In this document: piece after piece, positions 26,658 through 35,269 of the stretch | How positions within the stretch are numbered: position 1 is the first letter of the stretch | How the letters are laid out: the number at the start of each line of letters is the position of its first letter | Notes under the pieces: model-generated | What the model was told of the DNA's origin: nothing | The model's database searches: none | Seen by the model: the letters and a program-made list of their open reading frames with translations, nothing else | Made by a program: the position numbers and the translations under genes | Assembly (NCBI GenBank): GCA_018812715.1 | Contig: JAHJCT010000017.1 | Coordinates: forward strand, 204,019 to 268,018 | Direction: 5' to 3' | Source: Candidatus Micrarchaeota archaeon | Lineage (GTDB): Archaea > Micrarchaeota > Micrarchaeia > Anstonellales > Bilamarchaeaceae | DNA length: 64,000 bases

Positions 26658-27039
26658 CTAAGAGCTTTCTTCCATTGGCAGAAACCTTTCTCCCGCTTTT
26701 TTCCTTGACTAGCAAACCTGCTTTCTCAAGCTCCTGCATAGCTTTTCTTATAATAGAACCGCCAGCAGGGCTATGTCTCGCTGGTTTTACTCCGCGTCTT
26801 TTTCTACCGCCATAGTGCCTTCTGAGTCTTTGTACGCCGACACTATCATTCACATATGCCTGTCTCAAAATTGAAGCACATCTGAAATACCAGAAATCTG
26901 GGTCTTGTGGCGGCCTCTCTGCTTGCGCCCCTGTTTTCACTAACCCTACGAATGCAGGCTTTGGAATCTTCATTTCCTTCAGCTTTTTAGCTGTAATTTC
27001 TATGAGCTTATTCGGCTCAACATCAAATGCTGTAACCAT
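26632..27039 (-). CDS. rps19e: Ribosomal protein S19e
   Basis: 135 aa. DVEPNKLIEITAKKLKE...PDFWYFRCASILRQAYV...GGRKRRG is characteristic of S19e. Confidence 0.85.
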   Translation of the reverse strand: MVTAFDVEPNKLIEITAKKLKEMKIPKPAFVGLVKTGAQAERPPQDPDFWYFRCASILRQAYVNDSVGVQRLRRHYGGRKRRGVKPARHSPAGGSIIRKAMQELEKAGLLVKEKSGRKVSANGRKLLDEAAKESV

Positions 27040-27121
27040 CTGTACACCTCAACTGTTGCAACCCATGATACTAAATGTAAAAATTGGATACTTCTAACGT
27101 TAAGATACATAAGTAATAATA

Positions 27122-27532
27122 TTAAAAGATATCCTTTATCCCCAAGGACCGGCAACAATCCATTATATCGCTTTCAAGTGGGCTAAATCTTCCAAATATC
27201 GTGCGTTCTTCACTTTTATGCGCCCCAACCACTAATCTTGGTCTTTCTATTAACATATCTCTATTTGCATCAACTAATTCTCTAAATACCCTGATTCTCC
27301 TAGTTGCCGTTTCACCATCCAAATCTTTTGGTATACTAACTCCTAATTCAATACAGCCAAAGGCGTTCGTTATCTTTACTATGCCTAACTTCTGTAATTC
27401 TTCTTGTGAGAAATCTCTTAATGGAATTTTCTTTTTCTTTGCTAATATATACACATAATTCAGTGCTAGAGACCGATAACTGCCATTAGTCATTTTTGTG
27501 TTACTTTGCATAGATAGACATGATATTCTCAA
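27122..27532 (-). CDS. Hypothetical protein, divergent from fibrillarin
   Basis: 136-aa ORF with no recognisable family. The real start may be the Met at about 27493. Confidence 0.4.
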   Translation of the reverse strand: MRISCLSMQSNTKMTNGSYRSLALNYVYILAKKKKIPLRDFSQEELQKLGIVKITNAFGCIELGVSIPKDLDGETATRRIRVFRELVDANRDMLIERPRLVVGAHKSEERTIFGRFSPLESDIMDCCRSLGIKDIF

Positions 27533-27566
27533 CTTATTAAAAAATATGCGCTTCTATCTCTATATG

Positions 27567-28220
27567 ATGAAACCTATTCTTAACGGAGTTTATCAAATAG
27601 ACAATTCCCTGGCCACTCTTAGTGCTGATCCTGGTCGTAAAGTATACAATGAAAGATTAATCAAAAAAGAAGGCAAGGAATATCGCCTATGGGATGCCTT
27701 TCGCAGCAAACTTGCAGCTGCTCTAAAAAAAGGGCTGAAAACCTTCCCATTCAACAAAAACAGCAAAGTCCTTTATCTTGGCGCTTCTTATGGCACAACT
27801 GTTTCTCATCTTTCAGATATTCTAGAAGATGGTGAAATCTACGCTGTTGAATTTGCCCCTCAGTGTATGCATGATCTGATTGAACTTGCAGAGAGAAGAG
27901 AAAATATAATTCCAATACATGGAGATGCAAGAAAACCAGACCAATATGAAGAAGTTGGCGAAGTTGATATTATCTATCAAGATGTTGCGCAGCCAGACCA
28001 AGATGATATTCTGCTAAAAAACGCCAAAGTCTTTCTCAAAAAAGATGGCATTGCGATGTTTTGTATAAAAAGCCAGAGTATAGATGTTACTAAGGATCCA
28101 AAAGAAATTTTTGAAATGGTGATAAGCAATTTGGAAAAAGATTTCGAAGTCCTAGAGAAAATAAAATTAGATCCATTTGATAAGGACCATCTTTTCCTTG
28201 TTTTGAAATATCTTGGTTAA
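27567..28220 (+). CDS. flpA: Fibrillarin (rRNA/tRNA 2'-O-methyltransferase)
   Basis: MKPILNGVYQID...KVLYLGASYGTTVSHLSDI...IYAVEFAP...IHGDARKP...VDIIYQDVAQPDQ are classic fibrillarin motifs. The start is set at the internal Met. A TATA-like TTATTAAAAAATAT lies upstream. Confidence 0.9.
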   Translation: MKPILNGVYQIDNSLATLSADPGRKVYNERLIKKEGKEYRLWDAFRSKLAAALKKGLKTFPFNKNSKVLYLGASYGTTVSHLSDILEDGEIYAVEFAPQCMHDLIELAERRENIIPIHGDARKPDQYEEVGEVDIIYQDVAQPDQDDILLKNAKVFLKKDGIAMFCIKSQSIDVTKDPKEIFEMVISNLEKDFEVLEKIKLDPFDKDHLFLVLKYLG

Positions 28221-28995
28221 ACCTCATTTATACATCTTTAAAAACATTTTCAGCTTAATTATGCTAATGGATCTTCTAGAACGCCTCAAGTCAAATACTA
28301 CTCTTTACCCACCAATGCAACCTTTCACATCTCCTGATCATCATCTTACTGTTTCTTCAGTATTAGCGCACTGCCAAAGATTAGCTGGCGGTCTTGCGTG
28401 GTTAGAAGATATGATGAATGCACCGCATCTGTTTGCATTTTTTGGAGGTGCTGTTTATGTTCCAAATCACACACCAAAAGATGTAGATGTTCTTTTTTTC
28501 TGTGCTGACGGCCCTAATCACATGAGTGTTTTTCCACCTAAATTTATCCATTTTCAAAAAATCTATGAAAATGAACACACATTTGGAATCAGTATCAATT
28601 GCTGGAAGTTTCTTGTTGCGCATGCGCTTCTGATTCATCCAACCATTCCTCCGGATTTTGTTCTAAAAAGAATTGAACAAGGCAGAGATATGATTCGTGC
28701 AAGTCCATTTTTTAATGGTGGAATTGGAGATCTTCTTCTTTATGGAGCATTCAAAGAACATGAAGATTTTTTTGATATAAAATGGAGCGAGGTTGACGGT
28801 GCAACTATGATGAATAAAAGCATTACACTTGCAGAACTCCATACTCAAATTAAGAGACAAATGTGTGGTATGGAAGATCATGAAATTATGACATTAACTA
28901 AAGCTGCCATGAGAAGGATGCGAGTAAATAATAAGAAAAGAGAAGCATTAGGAAAAAGATTTTTTCAAGAATTAAGAAAATTACAATTTCAATAA
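28213..28995 (+). CDS. Hypothetical protein co-transcribed with fibrillarin; possible nucleotidyltransferase-fold (FFGGAVYV...DVDVLFF)
   Basis: It overlaps the fibrillarin stop by 8 nt. It does not look like a Nop5 Nop domain. The GG...D.D pattern is only suggestive. Confidence 0.4.
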   Translation: MVKPHLYIFKNIFSLIMLMDLLERLKSNTTLYPPMQPFTSPDHHLTVSSVLAHCQRLAGGLAWLEDMMNAPHLFAFFGGAVYVPNHTPKDVDVLFFCADGPNHMSVFPPKFIHFQKIYENEHTFGISINCWKFLVAHALLIHPTIPPDFVLKRIEQGRDMIRASPFFNGGIGDLLLYGAFKEHEDFFDIKWSEVDGATMMNKSITLAELHTQIKRQMCGMEDHEIMTLTKAAMRRMRVNNKKREALGKRFFQELRKLQFQ

Positions 28996-29400
28996 GTTCA
29001 ATCCTGTTTTTTCATCTTTTTCTCTTTTGATTTTTGTTTTGAATTGGATTATTGCAATCTCACAGGTAGGACTAATTACTGCCCTTACCAAATGCCCGCC
29101 ATAAGAAGTGAAATCAGCATTAGCAACAATAATATGTGCATGTACCAGTGGTTCATCATCGAGCAGCGTTACATTGCCATTCAATGAAACAATCTCAAAC
29201 ATACCCTCTGTTATTTTTGAGTTATACTTTTTCTCTTTAGTGTCAAAATGGGCGATTTCAATTTCTCTTGTTGCACCTATCCCGCTAAATATTGCATTTT
29301 CAATATTTTCTTTTTTACAGATGCGAGTAAGCATCTCCATTATTTCTTCTCCTTCATCAAGACGCAGTACAATCTCATGTTTGCCTTTTTTATATCTCAT
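28981..29400 (-). CDS. DUF296 / PPC-domain (PD1-like DNA-binding) protein
   Basis: 139 aa. VLRLDEGEEIMEMLTRICKKENIENAIFSGIGATREIEIAHFD fits the PPC/DUF296 fold (COG1661). Confidence 0.55.
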   Translation of the reverse strand: MRYKKGKHEIVLRLDEGEEIMEMLTRICKKENIENAIFSGIGATREIEIAHFDTKEKKYNSKITEGMFEIVSLNGNVTLLDDEPLVHAHIIVANADFTSYGGHLVRAVISPTCEIAIIQFKTKIKREKDEKTGLNLLKL

Positions 29401-29831
29401 TATACTAGCTCCTCTGCTTCTACTAGTTTTTCACAATATCCACATCTATAATTCCCATCCTCCATCTTAAATCTATTTTCTGTTTCTTCGCTATTTGTTA
29501 TGCAATTTGGATTTGGGCATTTACCTGCTCCTTTTAGTTCAGCAGGGAGCTCAACTCTAAATTTCTTTTCTACTTTTTCATTTTGTATAATATTTATTGT
29601 GGCTCCGGGAGAGATCAAAGCAATAATATTTGCAGCTTCATCACCAACAATTTTTCCCTCAATCTTTACAATATCCTTTGTTCCTCCTTTCTTACTTGGA
29701 ACATGCATCATCAGTGCTACTCTGTGCGGGTAATCCTCCCCTATTTTCAAAACTTCAAGAACCCTTCCTCCTTTTCCTGCTTTTATGTGGTCTACTACAG
29801 TTCCCATTTCAATTGTATCTACCTTTAGCAT
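29400..29831 (-). CDS. pyrI: Aspartate carbamoyltransferase regulatory subunit
   Basis: VVDHIKAGKGGRVLEVLKI plus the C-terminal zinc domain CPNPNCIT...CGYC. It lies directly downstream of pyrB. Confidence 0.9.
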   Translation of the reverse strand: MLKVDTIEMGTVVDHIKAGKGGRVLEVLKIGEDYPHRVALMMHVPSKKGGTKDIVKIEGKIVGDEAANIIALISPGATINIIQNEKVEKKFRVELPAELKGAGKCPNPNCITNSEETENRFKMEDGNYRCGYCEKLVEAEELV

Positions 29832-29835
29832 GTTA

Positions 29836-30783
29836 TCACCTTAGAAGATATTCAAGAACAGCCATTCTCAACGGTATGCCGTAATGCGCCTGTTCGAAGT
29901 ATTTTGCCTGTGGCATTTCATCAATAGAACTCTCTATTTCATTTATTTTAGGAAGTGGATGAAGTATTGCCAGGTCTTCCTTTGCATCTTTTAGATCTGC
30001 TTTTTTCACTCTGAACTCTTCCTGAACTCGTTGTGCTTCATATGGGTCAGCAAATCTTTCTGCTTGTATCCTACAAACATACAACACATCTGCATCAGAG
30101 TAATTTGGTGTATTATCTATCTTTACATTCAATCCAAACTTCTTATTTACTTCATCTAAATATCGGGGATCCATCTCAAGTCCTTTAGGAGAAACAAGTG
30201 TAATGTTTGCATTAAACATTGCAAGTCCATAAACTAGTGATCTCATGGTTCTTGCGTGTTTCATGTCTCCGAGCAAAGTAACGTTCAATCCTTTTATCCT
30301 TCCCTTACTTTTTCTTATTGAAAATAAATCAATCAGCGTTTGTGTTGGATGTTGGTTTCCTCCATCTCCCCCATTTACAACCGGTTTATTACTTACACTT
30401 GCAGCAAGCCTCGCAGAACCTTCTTTTGGGTGTCTTACTGCTAAAGCATCAGCATATCCAGTCACAGTCTTTATAGTGTCAACAAAACTTTCGCCTTTTT
30501 TCAAAGAGCTGCTTTCAGGCAAAAAATCCAATATTTCCATCCCGCATCTCATTGCAGCCGATTGAAAGGATAATTTTGTTCTTGTAGATGGTTCAAAAAA
30601 TAATGTTGCCAGTATTTTTCCCTTCAGATCAACTTCGTGTTCCTTGTTATGTATTTTTTCCGTTGTGTCAAGAATGGCCTCTATATCTTTCAGTCCAACA
30701 TCTCTTATAGAAATTAGATCCATATAAGCACCATAGACTATTGAGAATATAGTTTTATATACCGCTACCAACCCATAATTCAT
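29836..30783 (-). CDS. pyrB: Aspartate carbamoyltransferase catalytic subunit
   Basis: STRTK, HPTQTL and HPLP motifs. 315 aa. Confidence 0.9.
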   Translation of the reverse strand: MNYGLVAVYKTIFSIVYGAYMDLISIRDVGLKDIEAILDTTEKIHNKEHEVDLKGKILATLFFEPSTRTKLSFQSAAMRCGMEILDFLPESSSLKKGESFVDTIKTVTGYADALAVRHPKEGSARLAASVSNKPVVNGGDGGNQHPTQTLIDLFSIRKSKGRIKGLNVTLLGDMKHARTMRSLVYGLAMFNANITLVSPKGLEMDPRYLDEVNKKFGLNVKIDNTPNYSDADVLYVCRIQAERFADPYEAQRVQEEFRVKKADLKDAKEDLAILHPLPKINEIESSIDEMPQAKYFEQAHYGIPLRMAVLEYLLR

Positions 30784-30796
30784 ATAAATCTAACGT

Positions 30797-33700
30797 ATGT
30801 CATCTATACGATGCGCTATGAGTAGATCGTTGTTATTACTGGTTCTAAGTGTATTATTGCTCTCAAGTTTTGCTTTTGCTGCAACTCTTGAAGTTACTAC
30901 AGGCACAAGTTGTGTTGGTTCTCCTGATGGAACATTCACAACGATCCAGGCTGCAATAAATAACGCATCTACTGGTGATGTAGTAATTGTGTGTGATGGC
31001 ACGTATACAGAAAATGTTGAAGTGAACACATCGATAAACCTATCAGGTGAAACTCCTGATGTTACTGTTGTAGCTTTCAATGATACATTACCTGCAATTA
31101 CTACTTATGCCAGCAATGTTAACATTACTAATTTTACTGTTACTGGTGCAGATGGCATTGGTGATTATTCATGCGGATTATTAGTAGGCCGAGTATTAAC
31201 TGGCAAATTTCCTGATACTGAAAATGTTACTGTCTATAATGTAATAGCAGAAGATAATGATAATGGATTTTGTGTTTATGATGATACTGTTTCTTTGGTT
31301 GGTCTTGTAAATGTAACAGCAGATGGAAATGATATCGGCATTTTTCTAACATCATTGTCTACTACTTATGGTCCAAATTATGTGTTTGTAATTAATTCTA
31401 CCATGACTGACAACGCAGTTGGATTAAAGCTCTATAGAACTAATTATACATTTGTATATAACAACACATTTTATGCCAACAATCGTGATGCGGGCCATTT
31501 CGATATTTCAGGTGGATTTGGCGTATGGTCACAATCGCATGTAAGAAATCTTGATTTCATGTATAATAATATCTCTGAGAATGATGCTGGTTTTCTTGCT
31601 GGCTGTGATTGGCCTTGTATAACTCTTGGAGAACACCTGGCTGATGCAAGAATAGCTTTCAATAATTTCACTGATAATGTAATGTTGTCACTTGTAATGG
31701 ATCAGGATCATATTGATCCGTCTTCTCCTATAAATGTCACTGGAAATCGTTTTACTGGCGATACATTATTCCATTTTGTTACAGATGATATGTACAATCT
31801 TACTGTAGCTGATAATTATTTCAGCGATGCTGTAGCCTGTATTGGTTTTGGCTTTACCTCAGGACCGGTAGATATTTTTTCGAACTACATAACTGATTGC
31901 CAGGTTGGAATGGCTTTCTTAGAGCTTGAAGAAAATACATTGTTTGTGTATGACAATGAACTTGTTAACAATTACTTCAATTTTGGTGTTCTTTCAGCCT
32001 TTGGAAGCGGATATATCCAGAATATATCTACTAACAATACAGTTGATGGCAAGCCAATCTATTACTTTGTCAATGGGACCACTGGAGATGGAAATACTAA
32101 TTTCAATCCTGTTCCTGCAGATGCCGGATATGTGGCTTTAATTCTTACAAATAATTCAAGAGTTGAAAATCTCTTATTAGAACATAATATTAACGGGTTA
32201 GTTGCTCTCGAGTCAGTCAATGTCACTGTTGATAATGTAAGCATGGTGACTAATTTTTGGGGGGCATTCCTGGGAACAGTTAATTCTACTTATAGTAATG
32301 TAGAAATTAGCGACTGTAATAATCCTGTTATCACCCCATACCTGTCAACATATCTTGGTTATTTCATGTGCGGTTTGATTACAGCAGCATTCAACAATAC
32401 GTACAATAATTTTTCAATCTATGACCAGGAGGAGTGTTATCTTCTTGCAATGAATGCAACTGGATATCAAGGTTGGGCCCCTGGTTGGGGAGATACGATC
32501 TACGCAAACAACTTCACCATCGGTTATACTGAAACCACTGGTCTTATCAATTACAGATACTTTGAAATTCACGGCGGCGGATCAAGTACAATGAACCTCA
32601 CATGGCTTGTCCCAAAAGATCTTTCATTATTTAATGCAACAGTTTTACTAGATGACTTTATTGTCTTGATAAACGACTCTGATCCTGCAGTTGAACCTTA
32701 TTTCGAAAACCCGGCGAATGTTACATTATTGGGGGCTGGCTGTCCTTTGACATATTACAATGTAACTGGTTTCCCAACAACTGAAGCAGCCATACTCACA
32801 GCCGCAACAGAATTTACTCCAAATATCATCTCAGCTTGTAATGGCGGGCTAACAACCTTTGAAGTTCCTGGATTTACTGGCTATTTTGTTGCTGGACCAG
32901 AAGATGATGAAGATGATGGGGAGAATCAGATATCATTAGATTATGAAAGACTGGAATGTCCAGAAAATGGAGTTTTATTAACTGCAACTCGTGGCAATAC
33001 GGTTCTTTCTAATGTTGAATTTAGAGTTTTATTCAATAGTTTATTCTATGATCTTATTCCATCTGCACCTGGAGAGTATCAACTTATGCTAACTGCAGAA
33101 GGGGATTATGATATTACTGCAAGAAAGAGCAGTTACAACGATGACAGCGTTTCATTTACTTTTGAACTCTGTGAAGTAGATGAAACACATTTAGCGTGTG
33201 TGAATTCTGCATGTGTTAGAGTGAGTGGTGCTGGTGAAAACCTCTGTTCCTCAAGTGCAGATTGTGAAGAAACCCCAGTATACGAATGCTATTCAGATGG
33301 CGATTGCGATGATGCATACTTCTGTGATATTCCAGCAGGACAAATCGGAGGAACATGCGAACCAGTAACTGGCGAATGCGGCTATCCACAAAATCATACC
33401 TGGGTGCAATATGAATGTGGCAATGAAGTGGGATGTCAGCCATGCCCAGAAGGAGAAGTTTGCGTAAATCATGTATGTGCTGAAAGATTACTTACTGGTC
33501 CTGAAACCGGCTTTGTAGGAGACAATGTAACACTCAATGGAAAAGAAAACGGTGGGCCGTGTGCACTTTGTGATGTTGTCATACTTAATCCTGTGGGCGA
33601 AACCCTCTACGGCAAAACAAATACTAATGGTGATCTTAATCTTCCGTTAACTATGAAAGGAAATTATTCCATTGGTCTTCTTGCTCCAGATGGTGCAATC

Positions 33701-33862
33701 GTATCAACAATAATTGTTGAAGCACTTCCAAAGGCCCAACCTTCAGAACCATCAAAACCAACACAAGAAATGCCACCTGACTATACCTGGCTTTGGTTCT
33801 TGATTTTACTCCTGATATTGGCAGCAGCATTCTTCTATTTGAGAAAAAGAGGCAAAAAATGA
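30797..33862 (+). CDS. Surface (S-layer-like) glycoprotein paralog A: signal peptide, parallel beta-helix repeats, Cys-rich module, C-terminal TM anchor
   Basis: Signal peptide MSSIRCAMSRSLLLLVLSVLLLSSFAFA. Dozens of N-x-S/T sequons. PbH1-like repeats. Cys-rich CGYPQNHTWVQYECGNEVGCQPCPEGEVCVNHVC around 33360-33480. Ends WLWFLILLLILAAAFFYLRKRGKK. Confidence 0.8.
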   Translation: MSSIRCAMSRSLLLLVLSVLLLSSFAFAATLEVTTGTSCVGSPDGTFTTIQAAINNASTGDVVIVCDGTYTENVEVNTSINLSGETPDVTVVAFNDTLPAITTYASNVNITNFTVTGADGIGDYSCGLLVGRVLTGKFPDTENVTVYNVIAEDNDNGFCVYDDTVSLVGLVNVTADGNDIGIFLTSLSTTYGPNYVFVINSTMTDNAVGLKLYRTNYTFVYNNTFYANNRDAGHFDISGGFGVWSQSHVRNLDFMYNNISENDAGFLAGCDWPCITLGEHLADARIAFNNFTDNVMLSLVMDQDHIDPSSPINVTGNRFTGDTLFHFVTDDMYNLTVADNYFSDAVACIGFGFTSGPVDIFSNYITDCQVGMAFLELEENTLFVYDNELVNNYFNFGVLSAFGSGYIQNISTNNTVDGKPIYYFVNGTTGDGNTNFNPVPADAGYVALILTNNSRVENLLLEHNINGLVALESVNVTVDNVSMVTNFWGAFLGTVNSTYSNVEISDCNNPVITPYLSTYLGYFMCGLITAAFNNTYNNFSIYDQEECYLLAMNATGYQGWAPGWGDTIYANNFTIGYTETTGLINYRYFEIHGGGSSTMNLTWLVPKDLSLFNATVLLDDFIVLINDSDPAVEPYFENPANVTLLGAGCPLTYYNVTGFPTTEAAILTAATEFTPNIISACNGGLTTFEVPGFTGYFVAGPEDDEDDGENQISLDYERLECPENGVLLTATRGNTVLSNVEFRVLFNSLFYDLIPSAPGEYQLMLTAEGDYDITARKSSYNDDSVSFTFELCEVDETHLACVNSACVRVSGAGENLCSSSADCEETPVYECYSDGDCDDAYFCDIPAGQIGGTCEPVTGECGYPQNHTWVQYECGNEVGCQPCPEGEVCVNHVCAERLLTGPETGFVGDNVTLNGKENGGPCALCDVVILNPVGETLYGKTNTNGDLNLPLTMKGNYSIGLLAPDGAIVSTIIVEALPKAQPSEPSKPTQEMPPDYTWLWFLILLLILAAAFFYLRKRGKK

Positions 33863-34425
33863 AGCTTGTAGTTATTGAGGGTATAGACGGCTGCGGGAAG
33901 GAGACTCAGATAAAACTCCTAAAAGAAAAGTTCCCTAACGCAGTTGTATTCAAATACCCAACGAAACGCTATTCTTTACTCAATGACTATCTTGAAAAAA
34001 AAGCTGAATTAAACCCAAAAGCCCTTTTCCTTTTATTTCTCTCAGATATAGCCAATGAGCAGAAAAAAGTAAAAAAAACCCTTGAAGATGACAAACTTGT
34101 AATTCTGGATCGCTATGTTTTCTCAACTATTGCCTATGAAATTAATGGCATCTCTTACAAACAAGGAAAAAAAATTGTCGAAGATTGTGATTTTCTAAAA
34201 CCCGACATGGTTCTTCTCCTTGATATAACCTCAGAAACTTCACAAAGTCGTAAGAAAAAGCAAAAACAGCTCGATCGTTATGAAGAAAATGCAGAATACC
34301 TCGAACAAGTAAGATCAAATTTTTTGAAACTCTCTGAAGAAAGGTTTTTAACACCTAATTGGCACAGAATTGACGCTAGCAAGGATATAAATTCAATCCA
34401 TGCAGAAATAATGAAACTTCTTTAG
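33859..34425 (+). CDS. tmk: Thymidylate kinase
   Basis: MKLVVIEGIDGCGKETQ P-loop and the DRY motif (LDRYVFS). The start at the ATGA overlaps the upstream stop. Confidence 0.8.
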   Translation: MKLVVIEGIDGCGKETQIKLLKEKFPNAVVFKYPTKRYSLLNDYLEKKAELNPKALFLLFLSDIANEQKKVKKTLEDDKLVILDRYVFSTIAYEINGISYKQGKKIVEDCDFLKPDMVLLLDITSETSQSRKKKQKQLDRYEENAEYLEQVRSNFLKLSEERFLTPNWHRIDASKDINSIHAEIMKLL

Positions 34426-34609
34426 CTGCGTTCGTCTAGTCCGGCCAAGGATAGTGGACTTTCACAAACTTTTTGAAAAACAGCAAAGAACTTTGTTCTT
34501 TGTGCCCCATGAAAACCATTCGGTTTTCATTCGGGAAGTTTGATCAAAAACCAAATCTCGAAAAGTTTGAAGAACTCCATTGACCTGGGTTCGAATCCCA
34601 GACGCAGCA
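34425..34609 (+). tRNA. tRNA-Glu(UUC) with an intron of about 112 nt at the canonical 37/38 position
   Basis: Acceptor GCUGCGU/ACGCAGC, D-arm GUC-UAGUCCGGCCAAG-GAU, anticodon stem GUGGA/UCCAU around loop CUUUCAC, T-arm CUGGG-UUCGAAU-CCCAG, discriminator A, no encoded CCA. The intron ends AAACUUUU and AAAAGUUU can pair as expected for a bulge-helix-bulge motif. An oligo-T follows. Confidence 0.8.
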
Positions 34610-34617
34610 TTTTTTCT
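34610..34617 (+). terminator. Oligo-T tract after tRNA-Glu (archaeal-type terminator)
   Basis: TTTTTTCT lies immediately 3' of the discriminator base. Confidence 0.5.
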
Positions 34618-34707
34618 TGAATAGCAGATGCCATTCACCAATATGTAATTTGCTCAAAAAATAACCGTACCAAACTATTTATAGCGTAAGGGCATATCTT
34701 TGAAACA

Positions 34708-35181
34708 ATGAAGGCCATACTTTTCGAGCCGAAATACCAGAAAGCAGTGCTTGAACTGAACGAACTTGCATTGAAACGATCGAAATACATAGGAAAAACA
34801 GTGGACTCTAACTGGCACGATGATCTCGTAAAAATAAAGGAATTATATTTGGATAATAATGGTGCTTTTTTGCTATGGCTTGTTGGTGACAAGCTAATAG
34901 GAATGGGTGGTCTTCTCAAAGTTGATACAAATACCGCCAATATCAAGAGAATAAGGGTACATCCAGATTACCAGCATAAAGGATTATCTAGCGAAATTTT
35001 AGCAGAACTGGAAAAGAGAGCGAGGGTGCTTGGTTATAATCGACTAATCACAAACGTTGCTAAAGGCAACATCCCTGCAGAAAAAATGTTTCTTAAAGCT
35101 AATTTCAAACCAGTTGAAGAAAAACATTTCTTTTCTGTACTCTGCACTGTTTTTGAAAAAAAGTGCGAAGTACTTTATTAA
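34708..35181 (+). CDS. GNAT-family N-acetyltransferase
   Basis: RVHPDYQHKGLSSEILAELEKRA matches GNAT motif A. 157 aa. Confidence 0.7.
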   Translation: MKAILFEPKYQKAVLELNELALKRSKYIGKTVDSNWHDDLVKIKELYLDNNGAFLLWLVGDKLIGMGGLLKVDTNTANIKRIRVHPDYQHKGLSSEILAELEKRARVLGYNRLITNVAKGNIPAEKMFLKANFKPVEEKHFFSVLCTVFEKKCEVLY

Positions 35182-35207
35182 CCTGGCGTTGAATCCCAGA
35201 ACTGCAA
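35182..35207 (+). repeat. Degenerate copy of the tRNA-Glu 3' end (T-arm and acceptor)
   Basis: CCTGGCGTTGAATCCCAGAACTGCAA against the tRNA CCTGGGTTCGAATCCCAGACGCAGCA (about 20 of 26 identical). It lies 573 nt downstream of the tRNA 3' end, just past the GNAT stop. Confidence 0.5.
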
Positions 35208-35269
35208 TCCGTTTAGGATTTGCTGAATACAAACACAGTATTATATTAAACAAACCCATATTTTTGATT

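Noticed and set aside
28213-28995. Considered calling the fibrillarin-coupled 260-aa ORF a divergent Nop5
   Set aside because: No resemblance to the Nop domain or the Nop5 coiled-coil architecture. Only a faint nucleotidyltransferase-like segment. Left as hypothetical.
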